DNA of 64,000 nucleotides from Escherichia coli (GTDB lineage Bacteria > Pseudomonadota > Gammaproteobacteria > Enterobacterales > Enterobacteriaceae): the NCBI RefSeq assembly GCF_044647545.1, contig NZ_CP172818.1, one strand, 5' to 3'. Made by a program: the position numbers and the translations under genes. The notes beneath the pieces were generated by a model. That model ran no database searches. It was not told the DNA's origin and saw only the letters and a program-made list of their open reading frames with translations. Shown in pieces: positions 13,131-25,135 of the stretch. The first letter of the stretch is position 1, and every line of letters starts with the position of its first letter.

Positions 13131-15005
13131 ATGAAAGGACAAGAAACTCGTGGTTTTCAGTCAGAAGTGAAGCAGCTTCTGCACCTGATGATCCATTCTC
13201 TCTATTCCAATAAAGAAATCTTCCTGCGTGAGCTTATCTCTAACGCCTCCGATGCGGCGGACAAGCTGCGTTTCCGCGCGCTTTCTAACCCGGACCTGTA
13301 CGAAGGTGATGGCGAACTGCGCGTTCGTGTCTCTTTCGATAAAGACAAGCGCACGCTGACCATCTCCGATAACGGCGTGGGGATGACCCGCGACGAAGTG
13401 ATTGACCATCTGGGGACTATCGCTAAATCCGGCACCAAATCATTCCTCGAATCCCTGGGTTCTGACCAGGCGAAAGACAGCCAGCTGATCGGTCAGTTTG
13501 GTGTTGGTTTCTACTCTGCGTTTATCGTGGCCGACAAAGTGACCGTGCGTACTCGCGCGGCAGGCGAAAAACCAGAAAACGGTGTTTTCTGGGAATCGGC
13601 TGGTGAAGGTGAATACACCGTTGCCGACATCACCAAAGAAGATCGTGGTACTGAAATCACCCTGCATCTGCGTGAAGGCGAAGACGAGTTCCTCGATGAC
13701 TGGCGCGTGCGTTCCATCATCAGCAAATACTCCGACCATATCGCGCTGCCGGTAGAGATCGAAAAACGCGAAGAGAAAGACGGCGAAACCGTTATCTCCT
13801 GGGAGAAAATCAACAAAGCGCAGGCGCTGTGGACTCGTAACAAGTCGGAAATCACCGATGAAGAGTACAAAGAGTTCTATAAACACATCGCCCACGACTT
13901 TAACGATCCGCTGACCTGGAGCCACAACCGCGTTGAAGGTAAGCAGGAGTACACCAGCCTGCTGTACATTCCGTCTCAGGCACCGTGGGATATGCGGAAC
14001 CGCGATCATAAACACGGTCTGAAACTGTATGTTCAGCGTGTGTTCATCATGGACGACGCAGAACAGTTCATGCCGAATTATCTGCGCTTCGTGCGTGGTC
14101 TGATTGACTCCAGCGATCTGCCGCTGAACGTTTCCCGTGAAATCCTCCAGGACAGCACGGTAACGCGTAACCTGCGCAATGCGCTGACCAAGCGTGTGCT
14201 GCAAATGCTGGAAAAACTGGCGAAAGACGACGCGGAAAAATACCAGACCTTCTGGCAACAGTTTGGCCTGGTACTGAAAGAAGGTCCGGCGGAAGATTTC
14301 GCTAACCAGGAAGCGATCGCCAAACTGCTGCGTTTTGCTTCTACCCATACCGATTCTTCTGCGCAGACCGTATCTCTGGAAGACTACGTTTCCCGCATGA
14401 AAGAAGGGCAGGAGAAAATCTACTACATCACCGCAGACAGCTATGCGGCAGCGAAGAGCAGCCCGCACCTGGAACTGCTGCGTAAGAAAGGCATCGAAGT
14501 TCTGCTGCTTTCCGACCGCATCGATGAGTGGATGATGAACTATCTGACTGAGTTCGACGGTAAACCGTTCCAGTCGGTGTCTAAAGTTGACGAGTCGCTG
14601 GAAAAACTGGCTGACGAAGTTGATGAGAGCGCGAAAGAAGCGGAGAAAGCACTGACTCCGTTCATCGACCGTGTGAAAGCCCTGCTCGGCGAGCGCGTGA
14701 AAGATGTCCGTCTGACTCACCGTCTGACCGATACGCCAGCGATTGTCTCTACCGACGCGGACGAAATGAGCACCCAGATGGCGAAACTGTTTGCCGCAGC
14801 GGGCCAGAAAGTGCCGGAAGTGAAATACATCTTCGAACTGAACCCGGATCACGTACTGGTGAAACGTGCGGCAGATACTGAAGATGAAGCCAAGTTCAGC
14901 GAGTGGGTAGAACTGCTGCTGGATCAGGCGCTGCTGGCAGAACGCGGCACGCTGGAAGATCCGAACCTGTTTATTCGTCGTATGAACCAGCTGCTGGTTT
15001 CCTGA
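13131..15005 (+). CDS. htpG: Hsp90-family chaperone HtpG
   Basis: 624-aa [45 protein letters not shown] (GHKL ATPase N-domain). Confidence 0.97.
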   Translation: MKGQETRGFQSEVKQLLHLMIHSLYSNKEIFLRELISNASDAADKLRFRALSNPDLYEGDGELRVRVSFDKDKRTLTISDNGVGMTRDEVIDHLGTIAKSGTKSFLESLGSDQAKDSQLIGQFGVGFYSAFIVADKVTVRTRAAGEKPENGVFWESAGEGEYTVADITKEDRGTEITLHLREGEDEFLDDWRVRSIISKYSDHIALPVEIEKREEKDGETVISWEKINKAQALWTRNKSEITDEEYKEFYKHIAHDFNDPLTWSHNRVEGKQEYTSLLYIPSQAPWDMRNRDHKHGLKLYVQRVFIMDDAEQFMPNYLRFVRGLIDSSDLPLNVSREILQDSTVTRNLRNALTKRVLQMLEKLAKDDAEKYQTFWQQFGLVLKEGPAEDFANQEAIAKLLRFASTHTDSSAQTVSLEDYVSRMKEGQEKIYYITADSYAAAKSSPHLELLRKKGIEVLLLSDRIDEWMMNYLTEFDGKPFQSVSKVDESLEKLADEVDESAKEAEKALTPFIDRVKALLGERVKDVRLTHRLTDTPAIVSTDADEMSTQMAKLFAAAGQKVPEVKYIFELNPDHVLVKRAADTEDEAKFSEWVELLLDQALLAERGTLEDPNLFIRRMNQLLVS

Positions 15006-15010
15006 TGTCA

Positions 15011-15048
15011 TGCCGGATGACCTTTTTGTCATCCGGCATTTTTCTTTT
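15011..15048 (+). terminator. Rho-independent terminator of htpG
   Basis: TGCCGGATGAC-CTTTTT-GTCATCCGGCA followed by TTTTTCTTTT starting 6 nt after the htpG stop. Confidence 0.8.
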
Positions 15049-15113
15049 CATCATCTGCACTTTCCGCAAATTATCTCGCCATTAACCGTTTCAGCCCCAG
15101 GTGCCTTTCTTGA

Positions 15114-15830
<717 letters not shown>

Positions 15831-15958
15831 TCAAGCCGCAGCAGATCTCTCGGGCAGGTCTGCTCATCCTCCTCAGGCAATACCTCTTACAGCAATTAGT
15901 TCTTCTTCTTCACTTTTCCGCTACAATTATCAACAAGTTGAATCGATAAGAGGCGGTA

Positions 15959-16921
15959 ATGCGTCAAACAAAAACCGGTATCCTGCTGGCAAACCTGGGT
16001 ACGCCCGATGCCCCCACACCTGAAGCGGTAAAACGCTATCTGAAACAATTTTTAAGCGACAGACGTGTGGTTGATACCTCACGGTTGTTATGGTGGCCAT
16101 TGCTGCGCGGCGTGATTTTGCCGCTGCGTTCGCCGCGTGTGGCGAAGCTGTATGCTTCTGTCTGGATGGAAGGTGGCTCGCCACTGATGGTTTACAGCCG
16201 CCAGCAACAGCAGGCGCTGGCGCAACGTTTACCGGAGACGCCCGTGGCGCTGGGAATGAGCTACGGCTCGCCATCACTGGAAAGCGCCGTAGATGAACTT
16301 CTGGCAGAGCATGTAGATCATATTGTGGTGCTGCCGCTTTATCCGCAATACTCCTGTTCAACGGTCGGTGCGGTATGGGATGAACTGGCACGCATTCTGG
16401 CGCGCAAACGTAGCATTCCGGGGATATCGTTTATTCGTGATTACGCCGATAACCACGATTATATTAATGCACTGGCGAACAGCGTACGTGCTTCTTTTGC
16501 CAAACATGGCGAACCGGATCTGCTGTTGCTCTCTTATCATGGCATTCCCCAGCGTTATGCAGATGAAGGCGATGATTACCCGCAACGTTGTCGCACAACG
16601 ACTCGCGAACTGGCTTCCGCACTGGGGATGGCACCGGAAAAAGTGATGATGACCTTTCAGTCGCGCTTTGGGCGGGAACCCTGGCTGATGCCTTATACCG
16701 ACGAAACGCTGAAAATGCTCGGAGAAAAAGGTGTAGGTCATATTCAGGTGATGTGCCCGGGCTTTGCTGCGGATTGTCTGGAGACGCTGGAAGAGATTGC
16801 CGAGCAAAACCGTGAGGTCTTCCTCGGTGCGGGCGGGAAAAAATACGAATATATTCCGGCACTTAATGCCACGCCGGAACATATTGAAATGATGGCTAAT
16901 CTTGTTGCCGCGTATCGCTAA
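15959..16921 (+). CDS. hemH: Ferrochelatase
   Basis: 320-aa [41 protein letters not shown]. Confidence 0.96.
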
Positions 16922-17877
16922 AGCTGAGCGGTAAAGAACTGAGCGCCGTCGCGAAGAGCCTCGTCGGCGGTTTTCATCATCCGTGAATAATGCAAAAAGG
17001 CGTGCAGCGTGCCTGGGTAGAGTTTGAACTCACAGGGCTGCTGATGCGCCGCTAACGTCTGGTAAAGCAGACGGCTGTCATCCAGCAGCGGATCGAACTC
17101 CGCCCCGGCAATAAAACAGGGCGGAACTTCGCGAGTGAGATCATTATTAAACAGGCAGTAATACGGCGACTCGCGGTCCGCGTCGTTGCTTAAATACGCC
17201 TCTTCATACATCTGTAAATCCTGTTGCGTTAAGCCATCCCAGACACCGCCCAACAGACGACGAGTCACGGAATCCCGTAATCCGTAAAGCCCATACCACA
17301 GCAAAACGCCCGCAACTTTACCGCAATCGATCTGTTTATCACGCAACCACAACGCACTGGCGAGCGCCAACATGGCACCTGCGGAATCACCGGCAAAGCC
17401 AATGCGGGACATATTGATTTGATAATCTTCCGCCTGCTGGTGGAAATAACAACAGGCAGCCACAATTTCCTCTATCGCTTGCGGAAAACACGCTTCAGGT
17501 GAAAGGGTGTAATCAATGCCAATCACCGTACATTGGCTGTAGCTTGCCAGCAGGCGCATGATGCGATCGTGGGTATCAAGATTGCCGAGAATAAAACCGC
17601 CGCCATGCAAATAAAATAGCGTCGCCGGGCTATCTGGCTGCGGACAAAAGAGACGTGTTTCCACCTGCCCATATTTTGTTGGAACCATGTAAGCTCTGGT
17701 TGCCATTTCTGGAGCGCCCGCATTCCAGAATCGGCGCTCAAGCGTGTAATGCTGTCGTTGCTCAGCAATCGTTCCCGTTGCGGGCCAGGGCGGTAAATCC
17801 GGCTGAAGAGTATTCACAACGGTCTTCATTTCAGCAGAAATAAGGTCCAGAACGGGTAATTTGTTTTCCGGCTTCAT
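16918..17877 (-). CDS. aes: Acetyl esterase Aes (alpha/beta hydrolase, HSL family)
   Basis: 319-aa ORF with HGGGF oxyanion motif and GDSAG nucleophile motif; 3' end overlaps hemH by 4 nt (convergent). Confidence 0.95.
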
Positions 17878-18028
17878 GCAAAAACTCCTTTCAAATTACG
17901 TCATTGTAAGGAACCACTGCCATGAAAATGCGATCCCGCCTGCTGATATTGAAACTGGCTGCGTCTCGCGCGCTCCCGTCAGATTGTGTTAACATTCGCC
18001 GCTCAGTTAACCACCCGTAAAAACAACC

Positions 18029-19333
18029 ATGAAATTTCCCGGCAAACGTAAATCCAAACATTATTTTCCCGTAAACGCACGCGATCCGCTGCTTCAGCAA
18101 TTCCAGCCAGAAAACGAAACCAGCGCTGCCTGGGTAGTGGGTATCGATCAAACGCTGGTCGATATTGAAGCGAAAGTGGATGATGAATTTATTGAGCGTT
18201 ATGGATTAAGCGCCGGGCATTCACTGGTGATTGAGGATGACGTAGCCGAAGCGCTTTATCAGGAACTAAAACAGAAAAACCTGATTACCCATCAGTTTGC
18301 GGGTGGCACCATTGGTAACACCATGCACAACTACTCGGTGCTCGCGGACGACCGTTCGGTGCTGCTGGGCGTCATGTGCAGCAATATTGAAATTGGCAGC
18401 TATGCCTATCGTTACCTGTGTAACACTTCCAGCCGTACCGATCTTAACTATCTACAAGGCGTGGATGGCCCGATTGGTCGTTGCTTTACGCTGATTGGCG
18501 AGTCCGGGGAACGTACCTTTGCTATCAGCCCCGGCCACATGAACCAGCTGCGGGCTGAAAGTATTCCGGAAGATGTGATTGCCGGAGCCTCGGCTCTGGT
18601 TCTCACCTCTTATCTGGTGCGTTGCAAGCCGGGTGAACCCATGCCGGAAGCAACCATGAAAGCTATTGAGTACGCGAAGAAATATAACGTACCGGTGGTG
18701 CTGACGCTGGGCACCAAGTTTGTCATTGCCGAGAATCCGCAGTGGTGGCAGCAATTCCTCAAAGACCACGTCTCTATCCTTGCGATGAACGAAGATGAAG
18801 CCGAAGCGTTGACCGGAGAAAGCGATCCGTTGTTGGCATCTGACAAGGCGCTGGACTGGGTTGATCTGGTGCTGTGTACCGCAGGGCCAATCGGCTTGTA
18901 TATGGCGGGCTTTACCGAAGACGAAGCGAAACGTAAAACCCAGCATCCGCTGCTGCCGGGTGCTATAGCGGAATTTAACCAGTATGAGTTTAGCCGCGCC
19001 ATGCGCCACAAGGATTGCCAGAATCCGTTGCGTGTCTATTCGCACATTGCGCCGTACATGGGCGGGCCGGAAAAAATTATGAATACCAACGGAGCAGGGG
19101 ATGGCGCACTGGCAGCGTTGCTGCATGACATTACCGCCAACAGCTACCACCGTAGCAACGTACCAAACTCCAGCAAACATAAATTCACCTGGTTAACTTA
19201 TTCATCGTTAGCGCAGGTGTGTAAATATGCTAACCGTGTGAGCTATCAGGTACTGAACCAGCATTCACCTCGTTTAACGCGCGGCTTGCCGGAGCGTGAA
19301 GACAGCCTGGAAGAGTCTTACTGGGATCGTTAA
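18029..19333 (+). CDS. gsk: Inosine-guanosine kinase
   Basis: 434-aa ORF MKFPGKRKSKHYFPVNARDPLLQQFQPENETSAAWVVGIDQTLVD (PfkB/ribokinase fold). Confidence 0.95.
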   Translation: MKFPGKRKSKHYFPVNARDPLLQQFQPENETSAAWVVGIDQTLVDIEAKVDDEFIERYGLSAGHSLVIEDDVAEALYQELKQKNLITHQFAGGTIGNTMHNYSVLADDRSVLLGVMCSNIEIGSYAYRYLCNTSSRTDLNYLQGVDGPIGRCFTLIGESGERTFAISPGHMNQLRAESIPEDVIAGASALVLTSYLVRCKPGEPMPEATMKAIEYAKKYNVPVVLTLGTKFVIAENPQWWQQFLKDHVSILAMNEDEAEALTGESDPLLASDKALDWVDLVLCTAGPIGLYMAGFTEDEAKRKTQHPLLPGAIAEFNQYEFSRAMRHKDCQNPLRVYSHIAPYMGGPEKIMNTNGAGDGALAALLHDITANSYHRSNVPNSSKHKFTWLTYSSLAQVCKYANRVSYQVLNQHSPRLTRGLPEREDSLEESYWDR

Positions 19334-19351
19334 GTTATCGACAACCAGAAT

Positions 19352-19396
19352 GGCATCCGTAGGCCGGATAAGATGCGTCAGCATCGCATCCGGCAA
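19352..19396. repeat. REP (repetitive extragenic palindrome) element between gsk and ybaL
   Basis: GGCATCCGTAGGCCGGATAAGATGCGTCAGCATCGCATCCGGCAATG with the characteristic GCCGGATG...CATCCGGC dyad. Confidence 0.7.
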
Positions 19397-19409
19397 TGGA
19401 ATCAATGTT

Positions 19410-21086
19410 TTACCCCGTCACCACCTCACCCGCCGGTGGCGTTTCCAGCAGTTCCAGCATAGTACGGGCAATTTCACGCTCACCCATCACTACCTGATTC
19501 GCACCACGTTCGGTGATATACGCCACTTCATCGTCATAATGGGCGCGGGCAATAATCTCAATATCCGGATTTTTCGCGCGGGCAGATGCCACAATCTCGC
19601 CCGCTTCATAACCGTTGGGAATCGTCAGGATCAGCCATTTTGCACATTCCAGATGCGCCAGTTGCATAATTTCTTCGTTCGCCGCATTGCCCAATACTGC
19701 GCGGACCCCGCGCTCTCGCAGTTCATCAACACGGGTTCGTGACGTCTCAATCACCACCAGCGGAATATCAGAGGCGAGCAATTTCTCCCCCAGCAGGCTG
19801 CCTACACGACCGTAACCTACCAGTAGCGCATGGTTGCAAATATCCACTGGGATCTGCTTCTCTTCTTCGATAGCCTCTTCCAGCGTCTGCTCTTCCAGCG
19901 TTTCGGTCTTCGCCAGATATTTCTCCAGCAGCGCAAACAGGACCGGGTTGAGCATAATCGACAAAATCGCCCCTGCCAGTACCAGGTTCTGCCCGGCTTG
20001 CGGCAATAGATCCAGCGCCATGCCCAGTCCCGCCAGGATAAACGCGAACTCACCAATTTGCGCCAGGCTGGCGGCGATAGTTAATGCCGTACGTTGGGAG
20101 TGACCAAACAGTCGCACCAGGAAAAACGCGGCTAACGACTTACCAAACAGAATAATCGCCAGCGTCGCCAGCACTGCCAGCGGTTGCTGAATCAGAATTA
20201 ACGGATCAAACAACATCCCGACGGAGACAAAAAACAGCACCGCAAACGCGTCGCGCAATGGCAGCGTATCGTGGGCGGCACGGTGACTCAGTTCAGACTC
20301 GTTCAGTACCATCCCGGCAAAGAACGCACCGAGTGCAAAGGAGACATCAAACAGCTCCACCGCACCAAAGGCAATCCCTAACGCCAGCGCCAGCACCGAC
20401 AGGGTAAACAGCTCGCGGGAACCGGTTGCTGCGCTACGTGCCATAATCCACGGCACCAGACGGCGACCTACCAGCATCATAATGGCGATAAATGCGATCA
20501 CCTTGCCGATGGTGATCCCCATATCGACAGCAAGAGTGGCAAAGCCCACATCGCCTTGTTCCATCATTCCTGCCACTGCGGGCAGCAACACCAGCGTCAG
20601 AACCATGACCAGGTCTTCCACAATCAACCAACCGATGGCGATTTGCCCACGCTGACTGTCAATTAATTGCCGTTCTTCAAGTGCGCGCAGTAACACCACG
20701 GTACTGGCGGTGGAAAGGCATAAGCCGAACACGATACCGGTCATTAACGACCAGCCCAGCACGGCGGAGAGCGCCATACCCAGCAGCGTAGCCACGGCTA
20801 TCTGGGCGATCGCGCCGGGAATGGCGATGGCCTTTACCGCCATCAAATCCTTGAGCGAAAAGTGCAAACCGACGCCAAACATCAACAGAATGACGCCCAG
20901 TTCAGCCAGTTCCGGCGCAAGCTTGGTATCGGCAACAAAGCCCGGAGTGAATGGTCCTGCCAGCACACCCGCTAACAGATATCCCACCAGAGGAGAAATA
21001 CGTAGTTTATTGGCCAGCATGCCGAGGATAAAGGCGAGCACAAGGCCGCCAACAATGGTGGTGATAAGCGGGGTGGCGTGATGCAT
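19410..21086 (-). CDS. ybaL: CPA2-family cation/proton antiporter YbaL (KefB-like, C-terminal TrkA-N domain)
   Basis: 558-aa polytopic membrane ORF with C-terminal Rossmann GYGRVG motif. Confidence 0.94.
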   Translation of the reverse strand: MHHATPLITTIVGGLVLAFILGMLANKLRISPLVGYLLAGVLAGPFTPGFVADTKLAPELAELGVILLMFGVGLHFSLKDLMAVKAIAIPGAIAQIAVATLLGMALSAVLGWSLMTGIVFGLCLSTASTVVLLRALEERQLIDSQRGQIAIGWLIVEDLVMVLTLVLLPAVAGMMEQGDVGFATLAVDMGITIGKVIAFIAIMMLVGRRLVPWIMARSAATGSRELFTLSVLALALGIAFGAVELFDVSFALGAFFAGMVLNESELSHRAAHDTLPLRDAFAVLFFVSVGMLFDPLILIQQPLAVLATLAIILFGKSLAAFFLVRLFGHSQRTALTIAASLAQIGEFAFILAGLGMALDLLPQAGQNLVLAGAILSIMLNPVLFALLEKYLAKTETLEEQTLEEAIEEEKQIPVDICNHALLVGYGRVGSLLGEKLLASDIPLVVIETSRTRVDELRERGVRAVLGNAANEEIMQLAHLECAKWLILTIPNGYEAGEIVASARAKNPDIEIIARAHYDDEVAYITERGANQVVMGEREIARTMLELLETPPAGEVVTG

Positions 21087-21282
21087 TCCGTCTCCTTTTC
21101 CTGGTGGTTATTGTCCATTTTTGGCCGGGAAAACCAAAATTACAGGTAATAGTTTATGACAATTTCATTGATGATGTTTATGAATAATTGTTGAATTTTG
21201 CAGAAAAATGGAATTAGCTGCAAAAAAAGCACGGATCGGAAAACAGAAGGCGGTTTAACAGAGGAAAGGCTTATGGCGACTG

Positions 21283-21316
21283 TAAAACGATGCAGCCAAA
21301 GTTTGCCTTTGGCTGC
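21283..21316 (-). terminator. Rho-independent terminator of fsr
   Basis: Minus-strand hairpin GCAGCCAAAG-GCAAA-CTTTGGCTGC followed by a T-rich tract (reverse complement of AAAACGA), 8 nt after the fsr stop. Confidence 0.7.
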
Positions 21317-21323
21317 AATGAAA

Positions 21324-22544
21324 TCAGTCTTTATGCCGGTTATCAGGCAGGAATATGGTCAACATCCCCAATAGTGGCAGGAAAGCACAGATTTTATAGA
21401 CTAACTCGATGCTGGTGTGATCGGCGATAAGCCCCAGAACTGCCGCTCCCAGACCTCCCATGCCAAAAGCAAAACCGAAAAAGAATCCAGAAACCATACC
21501 GATACGTCCCGGAAGTAGCTCCTGAGCGTAGACCAGAATGGCAGAGAATGCCGAAGCGAGGATAAATCCAATAATCACCGTTAAAACCCCCGTCCAGTGC
21601 AGGCTGGCGTAGGGTAAAATCAGCGTAAACGGCGCAACGCCGAGGATAGAGCCCCAAATCACATATTTCCGTCCAATTTTATCCCCTACAGGCCCGCCGA
21701 TCACCGTACCTGCCGCAACGGCAAACAGGAAGGCAAACAGATGAAGCTGGGCATTCTGGATAGATAATCCGAATTTTTGCATCAGATAAAAGGTGTAATA
21801 GCTGCTGATGCTCGCCATATAGAAATATTTCGAGAAAATGAGGATTAACAGAATGCTGACCGCCAGTACCACTTTGTTGCGCGGCAGTGGATTGATAATC
21901 GTCGCTTTGGGTTTTCCTTTATTCATTCGGTGCTGTGCCGAGTACCAACGGCTGATTTGCGCCAGCACCACGATCGCCAGCAGTGCCGCAAGCACAAACC
22001 AGGCAACGTTGCCTTTGCCATAAGGCGCGATAATCACCGCCGCCAGCAAGGGTCCCAGGGAACTGCCAAAGTTGCCGCCGACCTGAAAGATAGATTGTGC
22101 CAGGCCATGCCGCCCGCCGGACGCCATACGGGCCACGCGAGAAGATTCCGGATGAAAGACCGATGAACCGGTACCGACCAGCGCCGCCGCCAGCAGAACT
22201 GCGCCAAAACTGCCCGCCAGCGCCAGCAGCACCAGACCACTTAAGGTAAAGCACATGCCAATTGGCAACGACCACGGCATCGGATATTTATCGGTCCAGT
22301 AGCCGACAACTGGTTGCAGTAGCGAAGAGGCGAGCTGGAAGGTGAGGGTTATCATGCCAATCTGCATAAATGTCAGAGAAAACTCTGACTGAAGCAGCGG
22401 ATAAATCGCCAGAATCAGCGATTGGATCATGTCGTTCAGCAGATGTGAGAGGCTGATAGCACCTAAAATACCAAACGATGTTCGGGCCTTGGTCGTTGAC
22501 GCAGCCGCGCCCGCCACAGGCTGGGTTTGTTCACTCATTGCCAT
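21324..22544 (-). CDS. fsr: MFS transporter Fsr (fosmidomycin resistance)
   Basis: 406-aa ORF, 12-TM MFS profile, MAMSEQTQPVAGAAASTTKARTSFGILGAISLSHLLNDMIQS. Confidence 0.94.
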   Translation of the reverse strand: MAMSEQTQPVAGAAASTTKARTSFGILGAISLSHLLNDMIQSLILAIYPLLQSEFSLTFMQIGMITLTFQLASSLLQPVVGYWTDKYPMPWSLPIGMCFTLSGLVLLALAGSFGAVLLAAALVGTGSSVFHPESSRVARMASGGRHGLAQSIFQVGGNFGSSLGPLLAAVIIAPYGKGNVAWFVLAALLAIVVLAQISRWYSAQHRMNKGKPKATIINPLPRNKVVLAVSILLILIFSKYFYMASISSYYTFYLMQKFGLSIQNAQLHLFAFLFAVAAGTVIGGPVGDKIGRKYVIWGSILGVAPFTLILPYASLHWTGVLTVIIGFILASAFSAILVYAQELLPGRIGMVSGFFFGFAFGMGGLGAAVLGLIADHTSIELVYKICAFLPLLGMLTIFLPDNRHKD

Positions 22545-22761
22545 AGGAAAGTCACTTTTTCAGGGTTGCGATGTAAAGAATGATCTTATTTGTGATTATT
22601 ACCCGACTAACATACCTGTATGCGCCGCCTGAAGGAAGTCTCAACGCTGAATACAGAATTTCTAATCTGGATGCAGATTTATCTTCACCGGACGCAGACT
22701 TGTCTATGATGTCGCGTCATACTATTTTTCAACACGTTGAAATCAGGTCAGGGAGAGAAGT

Positions 22762-24414
22762 ATGAAATTATTGCAGCGGGGCGTGGCGTTAGCACTGTTA
22801 ACCACATTTACACTGGCGAGTGAAACTGCTCTGGCGTACGAGCAGGATAAAACCTACAAAATTACAGTTCTGCACACCAATGATCATCATGGGCATTTTT
22901 GGCGCAATGAATATGGTGAATATGGTCTGGCGGCGCAAAAAACGCTGGTGGATGGTATCCGCAAAGAGGTTGCGGCTGAAGGCGGTAGCGTGCTGCTACT
23001 TTCCGGTGGCGACATTAACACTGGCGTGCCCGAGTCCGACTTACAGGATGCCGAACCTGATTTTCGCGGTATGAATCTGGTGGGCTATGACGCGATGGCG
23101 ATCGGTAATCATGAATTTGATAACCCGCTCACCGTATTACGCCAGCAGGAAAAGTGGGCTAAGTTCCCGTTGCTTTCCGCCAATATCTACCAGAAAAGTA
23201 CCGGCGAGCGCCTGTTTAAACCATGGGCGCTGTTTAAGCGTCAGGATCTGAAAATTGCCGTTATTGGCCTGACGACGGATGACACAGCCAAAATTGGTAA
23301 TCCGGAATATTTCACTGATATCGAATTTCGTAAGCCCGCTGATGAAGCGAAGCTGGTGATTCAGGAGCTGCAACAGACAGAAAAGCCAGACATTATTATC
23401 GCGGCGACCCATATGGGGCATTACGACAATGGTGAGCACGGCTCTAACGCACCGGGCGATGTGGAGATGGCACGCGCGCTGCCTGCCGGATCGCTGGCGA
23501 TGATCGTCGGTGGTCACTCGCAAGATCCGGTCTGTATGGCGGCAGAAAACAAAAAACAGGTCGATTACGTGCCGGGTACGCCATGCAAACCGGATCAACA
23601 AAACGGCATCTGGATTGTGCAGGCGCATGAGTGGGGCAAATACGTGGGACGGGCTGATTTTGAGTTTCGTAATGGCGAAATGAAAATGGTTAACTACCAG
23701 CTGATTCCGGTGAACCTGAAGAAGAAAGTGACCTGGGAAGACGGGAAAAGCGAGCGCGTGCTGTACACCCCTGAAATCGCTGAAAACCAGCAAATGATCT
23801 CGCTGTTATCACCGTTCCAGAACAAAGGCAAAGCGCAGCTGGAAGTGAAAATAGGCGAAACCAATGGTCGTCTGGAAGGCGATCGTGACAAAGTGCGTTT
23901 TGTACAGACCAATATGGGGCGGTTGATTCTGGCAGCACAAATGGATCGCACTGGTGCCGACTTTGCGGTGATGAGCGGAGGCGGAATTCGTGATTCTATC
24001 GAAGCAGGTGATATCAGCTATAAAAACGTACTGAAAGTGCAGCCATTCGGCAATGTGGTGGTGTATGCCGACATGACCGGTAAAGAGGTGATTGATTACT
24101 TGACCGCCGTCGCGCAGATGAAGCCAGATTCAGGTGCCTACCCGCAATTTGCCAACGTTAGCTTTGTGGCGAAAGACGGTAAACTGAACGACCTGAAAAT
24201 CAAAGGCGAACCGGTCGATCCGGCGAAAACTTACCGCATGGCGACATTAAACTTCAATGCCACCGGCGGGGATGGCTATCCGCGCCTTGATAACAAACCG
24301 GGCTATGTGAATACCGGCTTTATTGATGCCGAAGTGCTGAAAGCGTATATCCAGAAAAGCTCGCCGCTGGATGTGAGTGTTTATGAACCGAAAGGTGAGG
24401 TGAGCTGGCAGTAA
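22762..24414 (+). CDS. ushA: Periplasmic UDP-sugar hydrolase / 5'-nucleotidase UshA
   Basis: 550-aa ORF with signal peptide and metallophosphoesterase motifs (HTNDHHGH, GNHEFD). Confidence 0.96.
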   Translation: MKLLQRGVALALLTTFTLASETALAYEQDKTYKITVLHTNDHHGHFWRNEYGEYGLAAQKTLVDGIRKEVAAEGGSVLLLSGGDINTGVPESDLQDAEPDFRGMNLVGYDAMAIGNHEFDNPLTVLRQQEKWAKFPLLSANIYQKSTGERLFKPWALFKRQDLKIAVIGLTTDDTAKIGNPEYFTDIEFRKPADEAKLVIQELQQTEKPDIIIAATHMGHYDNGEHGSNAPGDVEMARALPAGSLAMIVGGHSQDPVCMAAENKKQVDYVPGTPCKPDQQNGIWIVQAHEWGKYVGRADFEFRNGEMKMVNYQLIPVNLKKKVTWEDGKSERVLYTPEIAENQQMISLLSPFQNKGKAQLEVKIGETNGRLEGDRDKVRFVQTNMGRLILAAQMDRTGADFAVMSGGGIRDSIEAGDISYKNVLKVQPFGNVVVYADMTGKEVIDYLTAVAQMKPDSGAYPQFANVSFVAKDGKLNDLKIKGEPVDPAKTYRMATLNFNATGGDGYPRLDNKPGYVNTGFIDAEVLKAYIQKSSPLDVSVYEPKGEVSWQ

Positions 24415-24421
24415 TCCGAAA

Positions 24422-24445
24422 GTGCCGGATGTTCGCATCCGGCAC
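24422..24445. terminator. Bidirectional hairpin between convergent ushA and ybaK
   Basis: GTGCCGGATG-TTCG-CATCCGGCAC, perfect 10-bp stem, 8 nt after the ushA stop. Confidence 0.65.
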
Positions 24446-24450
24446 AATGC

Positions 24451-24930
24451 TTAATCGCGACGGGCGATATCAGCAAATTTGGCATCGAGTATCTTTGCCA
24501 GGTCGCTTGCCGCCAGTTCGATATCCAGACCGCGCTTGCCGCCGGAAACATAAATAGTGGCAAATTCTTGTGCGGGGGTGTCGATAATCGTTGGCAGACG
24601 TTTTTTCTGCCCCAGTGGGCTAATCCCTCCAACCAGATATCCCGTCGAACGCTGCGCGACCATCGGATCGGCCATCTCAACTTTCTTGGCACCCAGCGCT
24701 TTTGCTACTTTTTTAAGATCCAGTTGACCTGCGACCGGCGTAACGGCCACGGCAAGGTGTTTCATATCACCGTTCACTGCGACCAGCAGCGTTTTGTAGA
24801 CCTGATCCGGATTCAAACCTAATTTTTTGACGACTTCATCGCCAAAATTGGTTTCAGCCGGATCGTGCTCGTAGGTGTGGATTTGAAACGAAATCTTGTT
24901 TTTTTCGAGTAATTTAACTGCGGGTGTCAT
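24451..24930 (-). CDS. ybaK: Cys-tRNA(Pro)/Cys-tRNA(Cys) deacylase YbaK
   Basis: 159-aa [42 protein letters not shown]. Confidence 0.95.
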   Translation of the reverse strand: MTPAVKLLEKNKISFQIHTYEHDPAETNFGDEVVKKLGLNPDQVYKTLLVAVNGDMKHLAVAVTPVAGQLDLKKVAKALGAKKVEMADPMVAQRSTGYLVGGISPLGQKKRLPTIIDTPAQEFATIYVSGGKRGLDIELAASDLAKILDAKFADIARRD

Positions 24931-25051
24931 GGTAATTTTCCTGCCTTAAACAAAAAAACGAAGCAAGCATACGCCTGATGGCGGTCCAAAAAAAAGAGTC
25001 ATCTTGCCTAAGAGTATTGGCAGGATGGTGAGATTGAGCGACAATCGAGTT

Positions 25052-25135
25052 ACACCGTCGCTTAAAGTGACGGCATAATAATAAAAAAATGAAATTCCTC
25101 TTTGACGGGCCAATAGCGATATTGGCCATTTTTTT
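25052..25135 (+). ncRNA. chiX: Hfq-dependent sRNA ChiX (MicM/SroB/RybC)
   Basis: ACACCGTCGCTTAAAGTGACGGCATAATAATAAAAAAATGAAATTCCTCTTTGACGGGCCAATAGCGATATTGGCCATTTTTTT recognised as ChiX; ends in hairpin GGCCAAT/ATTGGCC plus T-run; located between ybaK and ybaP as in K-12. Confidence 0.85.

Noticed and set aside
13440-15032. 530-aa ORF on the minus strand spanning almost all of htpG
   Set aside because: Entirely antisense to the well-supported htpG gene; translation is low-complexity with no recognisable domain; a long open antisense frame is expected in a GC-rich, codon-biased gene.
18452-19180. 242-aa minus-strand ORF inside gsk
   Set aside because: Antisense to gsk; no independent support.
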